Positions 10,735 through 25,500 of a stretch of 64,000 nucleotides of DNA are shown here, in pieces. This DNA is from Pocillopora damicornis (taxonomy: Eukaryota). The position numbers and the translations under genes are program-made. Positions within the stretch are counted from its first letter, which is position 1. Every line of letters starts with the position of its first letter. The DNA lies in NCBI RefSeq assembly GCF_003704095.1, contig NW_020846775.1:372001-436000 (forward strand), written 5' to 3'. The notes beneath the pieces are model-generated. The model was not told the DNA's origin. It searched no databases and was given only the letters and a program-made list of their open reading frames with translations.

Positions 10735-13097
10735 TCATTCTGGACCACCTCTCTATATTTGAAGGGAAAAAAAATTGAAAATCAGTCATGATAGCCCATG
10801 AAACTAACTCATGCCCATCCTAATGGGTCGATTAACTTGAAGCTTCAAAATCTTCCCTTGAGCACTAAAACTATTGAAGATTAGTTTTTCAAATTCAAGC
10901 CCCCTAGGGCAAAACATTTGTTCAAATCCCCCACCACCACCCTCAATGTTTCTGTATAAGGTGAGATTAGTGATCATGACTTTCTTAAATACCTTTTCTT
11001 CTTAGCTATGTGCCCACAAAAACAGAACTTTTTACCTTTGAACACCTCCATATCAAACGATAAAACAAGTTTATTCTATTGAAAAAGACTTCCAAGTTCA
11101 AGTTCAAGTTCAAATTCACCACCCCATCCAGGCTAGGTTCAAACTCCCAATCCCTAATCCCTCAGATATGCTTGACGATCAATTAACCATGGGTTGATGA
11201 AAAGGGGGGGAGAGGGGGAGATGGAATTTGGCTATTTGAAGTGATCAGTGCATGGGTGGATAACATGCATCAACCAAAAGTCTCAACCAGACTTGTCCCT
11301 TAGTTTATGATCCAGTAATCCCCAACATTTTTCACACACTTATCTTGTTACTGGTCTGATTTCTTTTCAGTCCCTTATTTCCAGGACAAAGGACCTTGCA
11401 GTCCATTAAATATCACCTCTGCTGAATGATATTATTATGACCCCTACTTTAATCTACTCTGTATGTCAGCAACAGTTTGACATATCAGCATATACCACAC
11501 AGGTGAATAGTTCTTTTCCTGCCTGTTGACTGGCTGGTTCAGAGGTGAATAGTGAGTACTATTCACCTTCAAGCAACCAAAAGACAAAATTGTGCCTCCA
11601 GAGTTTAATTTCCAACCATCATTCAGTATGTTGAGATAAATAAACTAATTTTTTTATAACTGTGTGGTATAAACTAAAAACTGTTATTCACCTCAGTGTC
11701 AGTGAAAGTAGTGGATATTTTCCACTGCGTTTCACAACTTGATAAAAATCCACCACTTTTCACTTCCACTTTGGTGAATACTTGTTAACTATGGCTGTCA
11801 GCAAGTTCCAATAAGCCATTTGCAGGGTCTTACAGGGTGTACTTTTCAGAGGGGTTTCTTACTTAGTAAATGCATGTGATTTCCCTATTGTCAGTTTCTT
11901 TCTGCATCAGCTCAAGACTGTAAGCATTAATAAGGGACTATAGGTTCATGAGTGGGTTCAAGATGGTTATTTATTTTCACGACAACATTTTAGAAAGACA
12001 TTGTACACCCTTTAACATTCCTTGTGCTGCAAATTTTCTAACAGCTTTTTATCTCACAGATATGCAAGTCCTGACATCCTTCCTCCCCCTGAATTTTCTA
12101 ATTGAATGCTCTGTTACAGTCTCCACCCACCAATTCAAAATTCAAAATTGTTTCATGGGATTTAGATGATTCCAAAACAATAAAACAGATGATAAATGCA
12201 AATACAAAATACAATTAACCTTGAGACAATTAGCCTCAATATTTTGCCCTATAGTAGATTAAAATACTTGATTAGCCCTCTTCTACAGAAAAGTTTATAA
12301 AACTTAATTTATTTGGGAGATTTGGTAAACTTTGCATGAGATTTGTAATAGTTGACACAAATGCTTTGTATATGGAATCTCTCAGGGACATAGGGAAGTG
12401 AGAAACATGTCTGCATAATCTTACACTATCCTAAAACAAAAGCGTAGTCCTTAAGGCGATCTTTTCTTTTAGCCATTCTTTTAAACGAGAACTGTAATTA
12501 TAACGAACAATGAGGTCATGAAAAGGAGATCCTGCTGCAGTGTCATTTCGAAAGGTTATTGTTTCTGTGAATAAATGGAAAATAAAGTCATTGTCCTAAT
12601 GTGCCAATTTTTGTGAAGAAGTCCCCTTGTTCTAGTCTGCCAGGATTTTAAGATCAAACATGTAGATAGTAAAGTGAAACTATCACAATATCGCATCGTA
12701 AAAATTTCAGCTTGATATGATCAGGCTCACCTCAATATAATCAATTTCCTCTTGGGTTAGAAGTCTTCTTCTGTATCTTGCCGGTAAACTTTGATAAGCG
12801 AACGACTCATCGGCGGTCATAGAATTGGAACTTGTCGGTCGAGTCGCTGATTCTGCTGGTGTTGCTTTACTAGTGATCGCAGATAAAACTGACGAAATCT
12901 CCGGTGGTCTGTGTGATGAACCGGCTAGTGGTATGCAAAACGGAAAGAGAATCTCTAGGTTTGTTTCTTTTGTTAATAAAAAGAGATATAATTCTCATTT
13001 ACTTACGTTCCATTTTTTGTTTTGCTCTGTTTGGAAATCTTATACTTGGTATATGTTTTTTCACAGTTTGAAAAATTCTACCGGTAGCGGACGCCAT
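10735..13097 (-). CDS. KGD4: Alpha-ketoglutarate dehydrogenase component 4 (KGD4/MRPS36); exons 13097-13007, 12924-12731, 10752-10735
   Basis: MASATGRIFQTVKKHIPSIRFPNR...YQSLPARYRRRLLTQEEIDYIE|RGGPE* matches the conserved N- and C-terminal motifs of MRPS36. All junctions are GT-AG and in frame. Confidence 0.92.
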
Positions 13098-13225
13098 TTT
13101 GGGTCCGAAACCTACGCAGGGTGTTCTGGGATTCGTAGTCTCGAAAGTTATCGAATACATGCCGATTGTAACTCTAGAGTACGGAAAATCGCCGAACATG
13201 TCTGAAAAGTTTCCAACATGGCGGA
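13090..13225. promoter_or_regulatory. Compact bidirectional promoter between KGD4 and PYM1
   Basis: The start codons are only 120 bp apart on opposite strands. Each ATG sits in a YY1-like AANATGGCG motif. Confidence 0.7.
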
Positions 13226-13757
13226 CGATAGTGCAAGTTCTGGTGATGCAGCTGGAGAGACGTGGATTCCAGCTTCTAGAAGACCTGATGGCACATGGCG
13301 TAAGGCTCGTAGAGTGAAGGACGGTTATGTCCCACCAGATGAAGTGGCAAAGTACGAAAGTAAAGGAAAACAATGGGCCAATAGTTTTTCGAAATTACCG
13401 CCTGGTGTACACGAGGAAGAAAACAAACAGCTCACGAAAAACCAGAAAAAACGTAAGAATAAAAAGAAAGAGGAGAGTGAACATCAAAGATGTGAAGTCG
13501 AGGAAGTTACGGAAAAATTGCAAAGTGCTACAGTTTCTAGAACCGCGACTGCAGCGGGCACAGTATACACTAGCAACCCGGACGATCTAAAATTAAAACG
13601 TGTCAAGAATCTCAGAAAGAAATTGCGACAGATTGAAGAATTACAAGAAAAAATTGACTCAGGAGAGTTAGTAAATCCAGAAGCTACACAGTTAGAAAAG
13701 CTTTCGAGAAGGGAAGAGATTGAAAAGGAACTTGCAGAGTTAGAACAGGAAGCATGA
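13218..13757 (+). CDS. PYM1: Partner of Y14 and Mago (PYM1/WIBG), intronless
   Basis: [33 protein letters not shown] is the Mago-binding motif. The C-terminal motif is [20 protein letters not shown]...QLEKLSRR. Confidence 0.95.
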   Translation: MADDSASSGDAAGETWIPASRRPDGTWRKARRVKDGYVPPDEVAKYESKGKQWANSFSKLPPGVHEEENKQLTKNQKKRKNKKKEESEHQRCEVEEVTEKLQSATVSRTATAAGTVYTSNPDDLKLKRVKNLRKKLRQIEELQEKIDSGELVNPEATQLEKLSRREEIEKELAELEQEA

Positions 13758-15412
13758 GACACTGAATGTTTTGATAGCACCACAATAAGACTAGCTTCAA
13801 AGAAGATTTGCTACTGTTTTATTACTGTTTGAAATCAAATTAAAATGCTTAGAGTTTTATTTTCTGTGCTCACGGATTGATTAATTGTGAAGGTGGTAGT
13901 AGGGGGTTAACAGGTTTGGATTAAATTGGCAGAGTTTGATTCTGAACGCAGACTTGGGTATCCTGTGTACCCATGATAATTAACAATTCAGTAGAGATGA
14001 GCATGCTTGTCTCCGTATTTAGTTACATGTTGATGAAACTCCCTGAGTGGATGGTAAGTTTTGGTGGGGAAGGGCAACCATGTTTCTGATGTCTCTATTC
14101 CTCCAACTCTCTTGAAACCTGGGTGGGGAAATGAAATGGGATATTTACCTCGACTTTCAACAGAATCCATGAATCCATGTTGTTGCTCAAGGTGGAAAAT
14201 GATTCTCCCATAGTCATTAAGATTTGAAAGTTGAAGGCTTATGAGAGCCAGATGGTTAACAGTAAGCTAGCCCGTTCACATTCATTTCCATCTCAAACAC
14301 CTTGCCACTTCAGAGCTTAATTTCAGATTCAACACTCATCACTTTAAGATGCACCTTATAATGCCACTGAAGAGTTTCCCCTCTTAGCATAGAGAATTAG
14401 GATAAATGCTGAATAAGCTGGCAAGATTGGAAACTGGTCAGTGGCAGAGTCCACCAAGACAGGCTCATATTTCATCCTGCTCTCCAGCTATTGGACAAAA
14501 AGGAAAGGGAAAAGAACAAAAGAGTAGTGAGGAATGGCCTTCACCCATTTGTGTGTGCCATGGAGGCTCATTTGACTCCAGCACAGATAAGGGTACCTAA
14601 ATGCATTTACTTTGGCTGACAAAACATCAATTACCTGGAACTTCCTTACAACAGAGGAAACAATACTTTTATTGAAATTCATCATGAAAATTTTTATCTG
14701 TGGTCAGCTACATGTGCAGCATGACATCTCTCACTACACTAAATATTTAAAAATTATTAATTCTATCATATATATTACATTCGAGTCATTCTCTTTCATA
14801 TTTCATTTATAACATTTCTTAGAAATAAAGTGTTTTTGTGCTCTGACATGAATTACAAGATAATAGTAAAAAATTAAAAAACACAAATGAAAATATGAAA
14901 CATCTCTTTCATGGTAACACAAAAACAGATCCTTACCAATTTTGTCAAACAATTTGTGAAGAAAAAATCTGATACTTTACAATCATTTTTAATAACCCTT
15001 CAGAGGTACTTTTATGACATATCAGTAATAATAGTAATAATAATCATAAAAATTACAATAATCTTCATGCCATGTGATAGTAATTTTAAAGTTAATTAGA
15101 TTGACCTACATATGCTGTGGTTTGGAATAATTTCAAGTTAAAATGAATTCAAAATAGTTTGATTTCCATTACATTTTCTCAAGGATTCTGGTAATGTATT
15201 AGGAACATACTAGAGAAATAGATATCAAACTAGTTTGAAACCGCTTTGACTTTTAACCAAAACATATACAGTGAAACTTAATAATCACTTTACTATGCAA
15301 TTCACAAAACTCACAATCTTTCATACATTTCTCTCAAATAAAATGAAAAAACAATTATTTCATAAACCTAAGTATTTAACTTCATTCCTAGTGGTATTCA
15401 ATCATGTTACAA

Positions 15413-15571
15413 CAGTCAAACTTTCCTTTGCGACCACCCATTATAAGCGACCACCTCTTGTTAGAGACCACCTCTTCAAAATACCAAAAGTTTCTGAGTC
15501 AAATCACTATAAATAGAACCTCTTGTAATCCACCACCTCTCATAAGTGACCACCTCTTGTAAGTGACCACT
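15413..15571 (+). repeat. Truncated MITE-like element with internal (g)accacctct(t/c)gtaag repeats
   Basis: About six imperfect copies of gaccacc(t)ct follow a cagtcaaac start. Confidence 0.5.
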
Positions 15572-16019
15572 TTTAGAGATGCTTGTTTCCAAAATCTCTC
15601 ACAAACAGAAACTGAAAACTGTTTCATATGATGTCAAAAAAGTGGAGCTAGCAGAATTGTTCCCCAAAATAGCTTTACCACATAAATTCTTGCTCGTGTC
15701 ACATTTCAGCAAAAATTTTGACAGCACCATTTGGAGTAACCAAGTCTCTTTAATGTGAATTGTCCCAAACACTGTTTTAAATAATTTGTGAGATAATTTG
15801 CTGATAAAGAACCATATTGTCATATCTTATTCTGATATATATTACAGATAGAATAATTACTAATCAGATCTTGGAAGTTAAAAGATTTAATTGACTTCAA
15901 TTAATGTTAATCATTTGATTTCAAAATTCCTTATTTCTTGAACATAAGAAACTGTCAGAATGAAATCAAGTGCAGAGCCCTACAATTAATTACTAACCAA
16001 AAACATGTATTATTGATAT

Positions 16020-16272
16020 TTAACCCTTTAGACTTGAGATCTAAAGAGTAATTCTCTTCTTCAGATTTGGGAAGAATATTTTTGTTGCATCATGATCACG
16101 CATTCTAAGGGTGCAAACTTTGTCTATTCTGAGCTCCTCTTTGTAAATTATGTTACATCAAAATTTCATTCTCCTAATGATAGGTTTGTCTATTCTTGTT
16201 ACCCATTTGCTGATAATGTACTGATAGTGTGTAGAGAATCTCTGTACCAATCATCTCTGGGAATTAAAGGGT
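16020..16272. mobile_element. Degenerate TTAA-ended MITE
   Basis: ttaacccttt...aaagggtt termini. Confidence 0.5.
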
Positions 16273-16528
16273 TCTTGTCAAACTCAGAAAACCATGAACA
16301 CCTGAAAGACACCCCAAAATTGTTTATCCTGTTGTGACAAAAGATATATCATGCCTGATAATTAATCTGTATTGCCAGCCCTCAAGGTTTTTCTGAGTTT
16401 CACCGTAGATGTTGCACCCTTGAGCATGATATCATAAGCAAGATGAGACAAAAAGGTATTGTACTGGTTGAATAACTTGGGCCAGTAACAAAGTAATTAT
16501 TTTAATCAATAAACATATATTGTAAATT

Positions 16529-19500
16529 CTATTTGCCAGCTTGATTTTCAGCTTGAAATGACTGAAGAGAGAGTGGAGGAGGCAAAGAATCATGGGACAA
16601 TTGGTGAACTGTTCTGTCAGCACTCTGGTAAGTTAAACCTCCCTTTGCTTCCATTTGTCTGAGAATATAAGTACGAATACACAAATAAACAAACAGCTTT
16701 AGGCTTTCATTGCCATCCAATAGAAAAAACTGATTTCAACATGTAACAGATTATGTCTCATTTAGACTTCACATAGGTTTTTAAGAGAGGACATTTAAAG
16801 GAAACCTAATGAGCCATTTTACAGTTGTGTGCTTAGTAATTTCAAAAAGAGGGTAATGTGGACATTCAAAGCTTTTTTCAAATAATTATCTCTCCCAGTT
16901 ACTCACTAACAAGGCAATAATTCAGTGATTTGGAACTATTTTCACAATGCAATAACTATTAATAATTATGTCCGCCACATACTTCTTTTGCTATTAGAAT
17001 TAAGTTATGGATCAAACATTAGCCCTTTGACACTTTTTTTTTCTTCTTGTTATATTTCTTCTTGCAAAATAATTAAATAAATATACAAATGCTGTCAAGT
17101 GAAATCCTGTCTGGGTCACTCTGAATGACAGGAATGAGGATACCACAATTCTGGTGGACCTTTTNNNNNNNNNNNNNNNNNNNNNNNNNNNNNNNNNNNN
17201 NNNNNNNNNNNNNNNNNNNNNNNNNNNNNNNNNNNNNNNNNNNNNNNNNNNNNNNTGAGAGCATTATTCACTGATTTGATGTCAACCTTAATATGCAGTC
17301 AAACATCTTCAACCAATCAATCACCTTGTAAATTCGTCATGATTATCAAAGCCATCTACATCAGGATTTGGCAAATTTGGTTTCTGTGTCAACTTTTCTG
17401 TATCATCTTCACCTTCACTGTCTCCTGTGGGTACAACACTGGTTGAGCGCCTTTGCTCCTTTGGTGAGGATCTAAAAAAATTATTAAATCAAAGTATCAT
17501 TTGGTCACTGGTTTATTCACTGTACAGGGTTGAATGAACAATTTTAACTCAGAGAAGCTTGTGCCCCTATAATATCCAACATCAAAAGGTGGCATTGAGG
17601 TTCCAAGACTTATTTTATAGGTCCTAAGTCAAAATTTGATGTTTTCATGTATTATTCAACACAGCTTGCCCCAGATTGTAGTCCACATTGGCTCAGGGAA
17701 ATGCACTAAATGACCCACCTTTCCAAAAGTCCTTGAATCCCAGACCTTGCTGCACACAAGGAGGCACTCAATGATGCAAACAATCCTGATTTTCTATGAA
17801 AATACATTAAACAAAAATTAAATAACAGCATTACAATGCCAGAGTCTATTTCCAATTCTTCCTTTTTTTAAGAAATAAGTTCAGTTACTAGTCACTAACA
17901 GTTTCACATATATTTTTTGAGAATTATCAGTTTAAATTTTCTATCTGCAAATAACTTTAAAATGCAATATGAGTAATTTATCTAACCGTTCTGTTTTATC
18001 CTTAGCTTTGTTTTCTTTGTTTAGTAGTTGATTTTCGTTAGGTGTTTCATCCTGATCAGACTCGACACTTTCCATCCTATGAGAAAGAAGCTTCCTTTCT
18101 TCTGCTTTTGTCTGGCAAAGGGAAAAAAGAATAGTAACTGCAGCAGCTTTTTTTAGACACCACAGTATGCAAAAGGAAAAATGAGCACAGAATGGCATTG
18201 AAGGAATGGATTAGGTGGATGGGGGATACCTGTACTGATTTAGGTGGAATCAAAGATGCTTACGACTCAGGAAAAGAAGAATTAAAGCTGGAATTTGCCT
18301 GTTAGGATCTGTATCAGCCACAATTCGTCAAGCTTTTAAACCATCTGATTTTGATCATAAAACCCTTATATTACAGTACAGTGTAAAAAGCTTAGTAGTC
18401 TTCTGACAACCTGATGGCCAGACAGGAAGGTTCCAGGTTTGACTTATCATGGGAAATCCAGACTATTTTATTTCTCCCATGCTTGTAAAAAATAAACAAT
18501 ATCTCTCTTTATTCAATTAGTTATGGTTTTATCATCCTAACATAGATTAGAATAAATGATTTGGAACACCCTAACAGATAACATATGGGGCCATGGTAGA
18601 TTTGGAAAAAATAGCTGACCAACATTGTCCAGTATATCTGTTGTAGCTCAATTTTATCCTTGGTTCAAATTGTTTTTGGGTGTTGTAATGTATGATAATG
18701 AATTTGAAACAAAGGAAAATAAATTTCGAACCAAGGATAAAATTGATGAACCACAACATACGCATGAATCTATAAAACTGTTGCTTCTAGTCAATCACTT
18801 ATCCATGAAAGTACACACAATGTGGGGTTCTTCAAAATAAACACGAAGGCATTGAATATTACTAAAAACAAGAATCGTAACATCAGACTTCACAAATACT
18901 GCAACAAAGATCTACATTAAATTATCAAAGCCACCAACAAGTAAATTACATCATTTTACAGATCAAAATTATCAACAGCAAATAATTCCTTTTTCCCATT
19001 TGGTTTGAGTTCCACAAAGGTCATTGAGTGAAAAATACTAGACATTATATATCTTTTTTTATTGCTCAAATGAACAAAGACATCAACATCTTTTAAGATT
19101 GCACAAATGAATAAAGCAGGTAACTTTCTGCTTTGTATTTTTCCCTTTAATCGAGGCAGAATTAGAATCTTTTGGTAATTCAATTTTTCAATATATATTT
19201 CATTTCACTATCATGTTTTGTTTTCCATTATTTTCATATTAAAATTTTTACCAGTTTCAAAAAAAATTTTTAACTCATGTAATTTAAACCACTGAAAAGT
19301 AAAAACTGACTTGCACCCAAAACATCTCTGAGAGTTTCTTTAATTTCTAGCTATCTACAGTAAGTAGTGAGAAGAAGAAAAAAAAATTGTATTAGCCCAC
19401 AATAAGGATGAATTAAAATGTTTGAAGAATTCTAATTCATTGATTCAAAATATATCTGAGATATAGAGTCAGATGCTTAACAATCACTATACTGTTTACT

Positions 19501-22500
19501 ATCAAAATAATGTGAAAACTAATTTTAAACAGATTGATCTTGGTAATTCAAAACGGTATGTCTTACAAAAAGAAATTTGATACATGAAGGGAAGAAAACA
19601 CTAAGGGTTAACGAGTGCTTATCGATAAAAAGGAAACAAAAGGGAGAAAAACACAAAGAAAAACACAAAATGGTTGATTCTTAAATTTAACCCACCAGTC
19701 GTGATGACATTGTTTCTTATCAGAAAATGAAGGATCCAATAGTAACTGAAATCTTCTCTCAGTGATTGAGACTATTTTTCAATGGCATATGACAATAATA
19801 TTCATTATATTGATTCCCAATGGCCCTCACTAGGGAAATATTTTTAACCTTGAGCTCTTTAATGACCGAATCAACTTTAGTGAAAAAAAAAACTCTACAT
19901 TAGACACATTGTCCACCTGGTCAAAACAAAATATGATTCATATTCAAGCTGATGCATAAATAATTGTTCAGGAGGATAAATATTTTTTCTGACAACTTGA
20001 CAGACACACTCTATGTAATATGGAGATTTTCATTTGGTAAAAAAGAAATAAAGTTGGCAAATCATGCAATATTTGTTTAAAAGTCACTATGTTTTTGACA
20101 AGAAAACAACAAACCAATCAAAATGCAGCAAACTTTACACTTCCATTTGATTAAATGTCAATAATGGCTTACAAGAATTTCCATAACACAGTAGTGACAT
20201 CTGAATTAACATAATAATGTTTGCTTTAATATTGTACAATCTCTGGGCTGTAATTTTCCTTACATATTGAGTTCATCTTAAAATAATTTTTCTCACATTT
20301 TTTGCCAAATGTGAGAAAAAAAAAAATCAAATGTGGGGCCAGTGTGAAATACTTTAACACCCAATTCATTACCTGCAACCATAGGACCAATTTTGTTGAT
20401 CTTACTGATTCTAAAAAAAAATCACTGTGACAAACAATGTCAGTAATAATTTCATGAATAATTTGGGACAAAACCCACATATTAAAACCACAAATGATTA
20501 AAATTGTAGAAGACGACATTCATTCAACAATATTCGGCTTAAAAGCGTGTGTATGTCTTAACATTCCTAGAATTTAAAGGAACAATTACAATAATTCATC
20601 CATTTTTGGTGTCCTAAATACTAATCTCCAAACTCACATCCTTGCCTTAAAAAGTTTCCTAGATTGTGTTCTCATATGCACTTCCATTTTCCAGTTTCAA
20701 AGTGACTTTAATATTTTTAGTGATTCCATCAATATTCAAAATTTAAAGTAAACATCATCAAAAATTCATTCAAAAATTTATCAAAAATTCATCAAAAATT
20801 CATTCATGTCAAGAAAAATTGACAAAAAACAAACGCATACACCTTCGACAAATGACAAGTTGAAAATAGATATCTATATGTAATCTTTGTAAAGTAACTC
20901 TGTATCAGCTTGAGAAAAACAAAATCAAAATATTTCCCAGTTTTAATTATAATTATAGTAGAAAGTCTTACTTGGAAGAAAACATTGATGCAAAATGGTC
21001 ATAAATTTGGAATCGTCCATGAAATTGAACATAGCTACAGCTGTATGAATGGCAATGTGAGCGCATGTTGAAAAAGAAAAATGGTATCACAGTGACTCAC
21101 TAAAATCTCACATCAGTGGAAAAAGTAGACCCTTGTATTCAAAGGCTCAAAGCCAAAAAAAAAAACTCACAAAGAAAAGGTACATTTTATCGTTTTGCAA
21201 TTGGTAATGACAACCTTCTTTTGGTTGGTTGCTTTCTTCAATATAATAATCAAACTTAAATTTTCTTTGTGCTTTATTTCAGCATTCAACAGAGGCACAA
21301 AATCTCTGTGCTGCTGCCTTCACAGTCAAGCAAAATAAGTTGTAAACAATCTTCAAACATATCTGGTTCATTACAAGAACCACACAGAAGCAAGTCATTC
21401 AATCACCAAAACATAAATGTATGTAAGTCTTATCATATGTCTTACAAATTGGAAAAGCCACATGTTTCATTGTGAATTTATGATTCATACTACAAACAGT
21501 GTAAACATATTGATAATGATGGAGAACACTTACAGTAAAAATTGTGGGTATTTTATCTTTGTTGGCCACAACTGAAGATATTATTGATCAAAATACAGTT
21601 AAAAACTAGAGTCTGTGAAACATATTTTCAGTGGTCTGAAGGTACATGTAATAATATCAATTACTGGCATGTGGGAACCAAACGTAAATATTTTGCAATA
21701 AATGGCAATGTGAACAAGATAAAAAGAACTGTTCCATCTGATTAGGAATGCATGAGCTATAATTAATTTCTTAAACATTCCTTTGATGCCAAATGTAACC
21801 AAAAACAGTGCAAACTTGCAATGCAACTGAAGAACAAAGCTTTTTTGAGACTCTTCCCAGGAATAGATCATCACAAAGTCCTCATGCAGTCAACATTGGT
21901 TTCAAAATTTTCAATTAACCCTATACACCCCAACATAAGTATCCATTTTCTCCATACTGTTCCTTACACATTTCCTTTAGTGCTGATAAGGAGAATTCAG
22001 TTCTCAGTAAAAGCTTTTTAGGTTGGTGATCATTTACTTTATTCACATGATCTCAATGAATGACTCAGCAGTATTACTGTGTGGAGAAACTAGATGCTGG
22101 CCACTCTTAGGGTTTGAAGGGTTAAAGCTTGGAAAGCTTAGAACAACCATATTTACATGTAATGAGCCCATCAATTCAAAGCTTCCACTCTGTAAGGAAA
22201 ACTGGGCAAGATGATGACACACAATATTATGTAGGAACTATAGGAACATAAACATGATCACAGCACTTGGAAGAGTGATCAAGCATTTAAAAACATGATT
22301 TAGCAAGATTGGAGTTTCTAAAATCAGTTGTTCATCAGAAAAATTTTCTTATTGGATGCAGCAAAGATCTTGGAGAGGATTGTAGACACCTAAGGCTACA
22401 GGATATGGCAAGATTTCTCAAGAAGTCATGACACCACATACATGTATCAATTTAAGGTTTGCAGCATTAGTAAGCAATATCAATCATAATTTTAAGATTA

Positions 22501-25500
22501 AAAATTACAATAATTATTATAATAATAAGAAGTGTTAAGTCACTGTAATGGTTCCAAGTATCAAAAGTACCATACCTGGGTTGTAAAAACATTTCAACAC
22601 TAATGCAGCAGTAAACCATACCATTAGGCATATTGTGCAAATCAGAGAATTGGAGGTAGTGATAAATTGCAAAGCAAAATTCAGCGTACCAAGGGTAAGT
22701 TTCTTGGGAAAATGTGGTGTTTCACATGCATCAGTAGGAGGTATAAAATATCATTTAGTTTAATCAATTGAGTTGATGATGTAAATCTGCCGCAGTAAAG
22801 AGTTTCTAAAGCTGACAGTTTGAGTGTTAGCCCTAATTCAGTGCAAATAAAGGATCTGTGGGTTGCATATGGTCTATATACATATACAGAAAGAGAAGCT
22901 ATATATGCTGGTGGGATATGGTAATGTTAAAAAAACACAAAAACAAATTATTTGAAAAAAATAGTTGAATAAAGTCCATGTTATCAGAGACAGTGTATTC
23001 AAGTTTGGTTTATAGCTTTGGTAAGTCTAATTCAATCAATAAACCTCTCTCGTAATTTTTATTGTGAGTTGAAATGTTTGTTTTGATTATAATCCCAATA
23101 CTTGTTTCACCCTTTGACCCCTGACTAGCATCCAATTTCTCCTTACAATATCACCACTGAATCACACATTTATGTCAGTAGAATAAAAGAAATGATCACC
23201 AACTTAAGAAGCTTTTGATTGCTGAGAGAATTCTCCTTGTCAGCACCTTAGGAAATGTATCAAAAACAGTACGGAGAATATGCACACTGATGTGAGGGTG
23301 TAAAATGTTAAGAAATAAATTATATACTTCTTGTCTTGGTGACATTAAAAGCAGATTGCCATGTGGGTGTTTAAATGGAAGATTCTAAACAGCCAGCTCT
23401 AATTAGAGAGATCATTATTGGATAAAAGCTAAGGGTCTTACACTTATTGTAAGTGATAATGAATTCAACTTCAACAGGAAATTTTGGTATTTTTGCAAAT
23501 TAGTCACTAATGAGGGGTGTTTGCAGATACAACTTTGCATAATAAAACCGGTGAGTTTCGTACCTTAATCTCACTTGAGAACACAAGTCCATTTGAAGAA
23601 ACATAAAATCCATTTCGGAGCTTTCCTGAACCACTATAAATAGGATGCTTATCATTCAGATCTTCTGAGGCATCCAATGCAGAACCTTTCCCAAACCTTG
23701 ATTCTATCTCTGTTCCCAGGCTAAATAGATGTAAAAAGTTCCTTCGCCAAGTCACCTCAGTAGCTTGAATAGTTGTCTTTCGAAAGAAGCTGTTTTGCAA
23801 GCTTTCCCATAAATAAACACATTCCCTCTTTGCTAGACTTCCACAAGCACATTCAGATATAGTAGGATTGTTTCCCAAAGAAAGAGGTTTATCATTACAA
23901 ACAAGTTTTGCCAAGCAAGGGACATTAACAAGTTCTTCAGGGTCCTTGCACTCTCTTTCATCTTTAAGTTCTTTATCGGGGAAAGTATTATCAATCACAG
24001 ATTTAACTAGGTTGATATCAATTCTTGTAGGTTTTCTGTTAAGCTGATCATATTGCTTGAATGGAGACCACTGAAGGTTTGGCTGAAGAAACAAAATTTT
24101 GGTTAAAATAGTAAACAGAACAATCTTAACATACTGTACTTAAAACTCATTGACTGATAGGACATGCACTACTTAAAAGTGTTAGGTAATACAGAGTCAC
24201 AGATCTCTAATTAGTGTGCTGATCATAATGATTTCTCCTTGACTTTCAAGGATCGGTTGTGCAATAACTTACAATCTATGTTGCAGCTTTCCTTATTTCT
24301 ACTTTTAAACTAGAGAAACAAAAACACTTGACATTGGATAGTTCTTTCAACTTAACACATCAAAGATTTTAGCCTCCCTCTAGAAAAGCTATATCAATTG
24401 TGCCAAACGAAAACTATCAAAAAACTAAGGTAGCTCTGAACTACCAGTAAATGCAGAATTTTGTAACTTTTGAAGGAGGATCAATCTTGGTACACTGGAT
24501 GCAATTCAGCAATAAAAAGGGGGTATCGATGAACTAAATTTTTAGGTACAGGATCATAAAGCCTAAATTAAGGGCATTTTGAAGAAGATGTAGTGTTGTT
24601 ATGGTAACCCTGTAAGTCAAAGAAATAAGAAATAATAATTAGGTATTTTTTAGACACAATTTCTGAGGATACAAATGAAAAGTGTTAAAGCTGCAATGCA
24701 TCAAGGAATTGGTGTTTAGAACAGACAAAACCATTTAGAGCCACTTTAATATATAGATTTAGCCAAGCCTAAAAGCAGAGCTCACATTTTTTTTTCCCGC
24801 ACATCTCAAGGGCACAATGCCTTGCCCCGGCCAGGACTAGAACCTGGGTCATCTGACTTGGAGTCCAGTGCACTGACCACTGGACTACTGGACAAAGCCA
24901 TGGCGTTGGCGTGCCCGCAGTACAGTTGACCACACATGTTAAAAGTAGCACCTTGTACAGTTATACAGTCGTACATCCAAATTTTTTTGGCTTGAAGGGT
25001 TACTACTATTTTGTATAATTATGGGGTTACGCTCTGCGAGCTCCACTATTATTTTAAGTGGTACAAGCCTCAAGTAATCTTGAATCAGAGTTGGATAGGA
25101 TATTTACAGCCTGAGGGGAAGTCGTTATTTCAATGTTGTTTATCAAATCCTGTAAAACTAATCTGAGCAAGCATGGCCCTGGATAACTGAATATCACTGA
25201 AATTTTTGTTTACATCCCAAACCGTTTAAATATAATTACCTTCTTAATTTGACACCTTGGGATGACATTGTAATGAGAAAGTGAAAATTTCAGGCAAAAT
25301 TTCGTTGTTGTGACAAAGAAGCCGGGTGAAGTTGTCTTCCGATGAAGTTTGGAGCAACCCTCTTTGCTACCACCTCCTGACATGGGATTTCCATTCTAAA
25401 TTGCAGCTCTCTGTTGTTTACAGGCTGCTTTATTGTGGTTCGTAGATTGTCTTTCGAATGTGCTTTTCATATTAAACCCACCAGCTGTGAGAACTTGTGA

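Noticed and set aside
12825-13783. Overlapping ORFs 12825-13205, 13099-13317, 13327-13590, 13484-13783 and the N-terminal part of 12999-13373
   Set aside because: They are shadow or antisense frames of KGD4 and PYM1. Only the final MASATGR... segment is real KGD4 exon 1.
15413-15571. CRISPR-like repeat-spacer array (also 39780-39987 and 53489-53600)
   Set aside because: The repeats are short, degenerate and irregularly spaced, lie inside MITE-like elements in a eukaryotic genome, and no cas genes are present.
24825-24899. Functional tRNA gene
   Set aside because: A/B-box-like motifs are present, but no convincing acceptor stem or cloverleaf. It is embedded in a repeat and more likely a SINE head. 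A similar weaker remnant lies at ~34405-34470.
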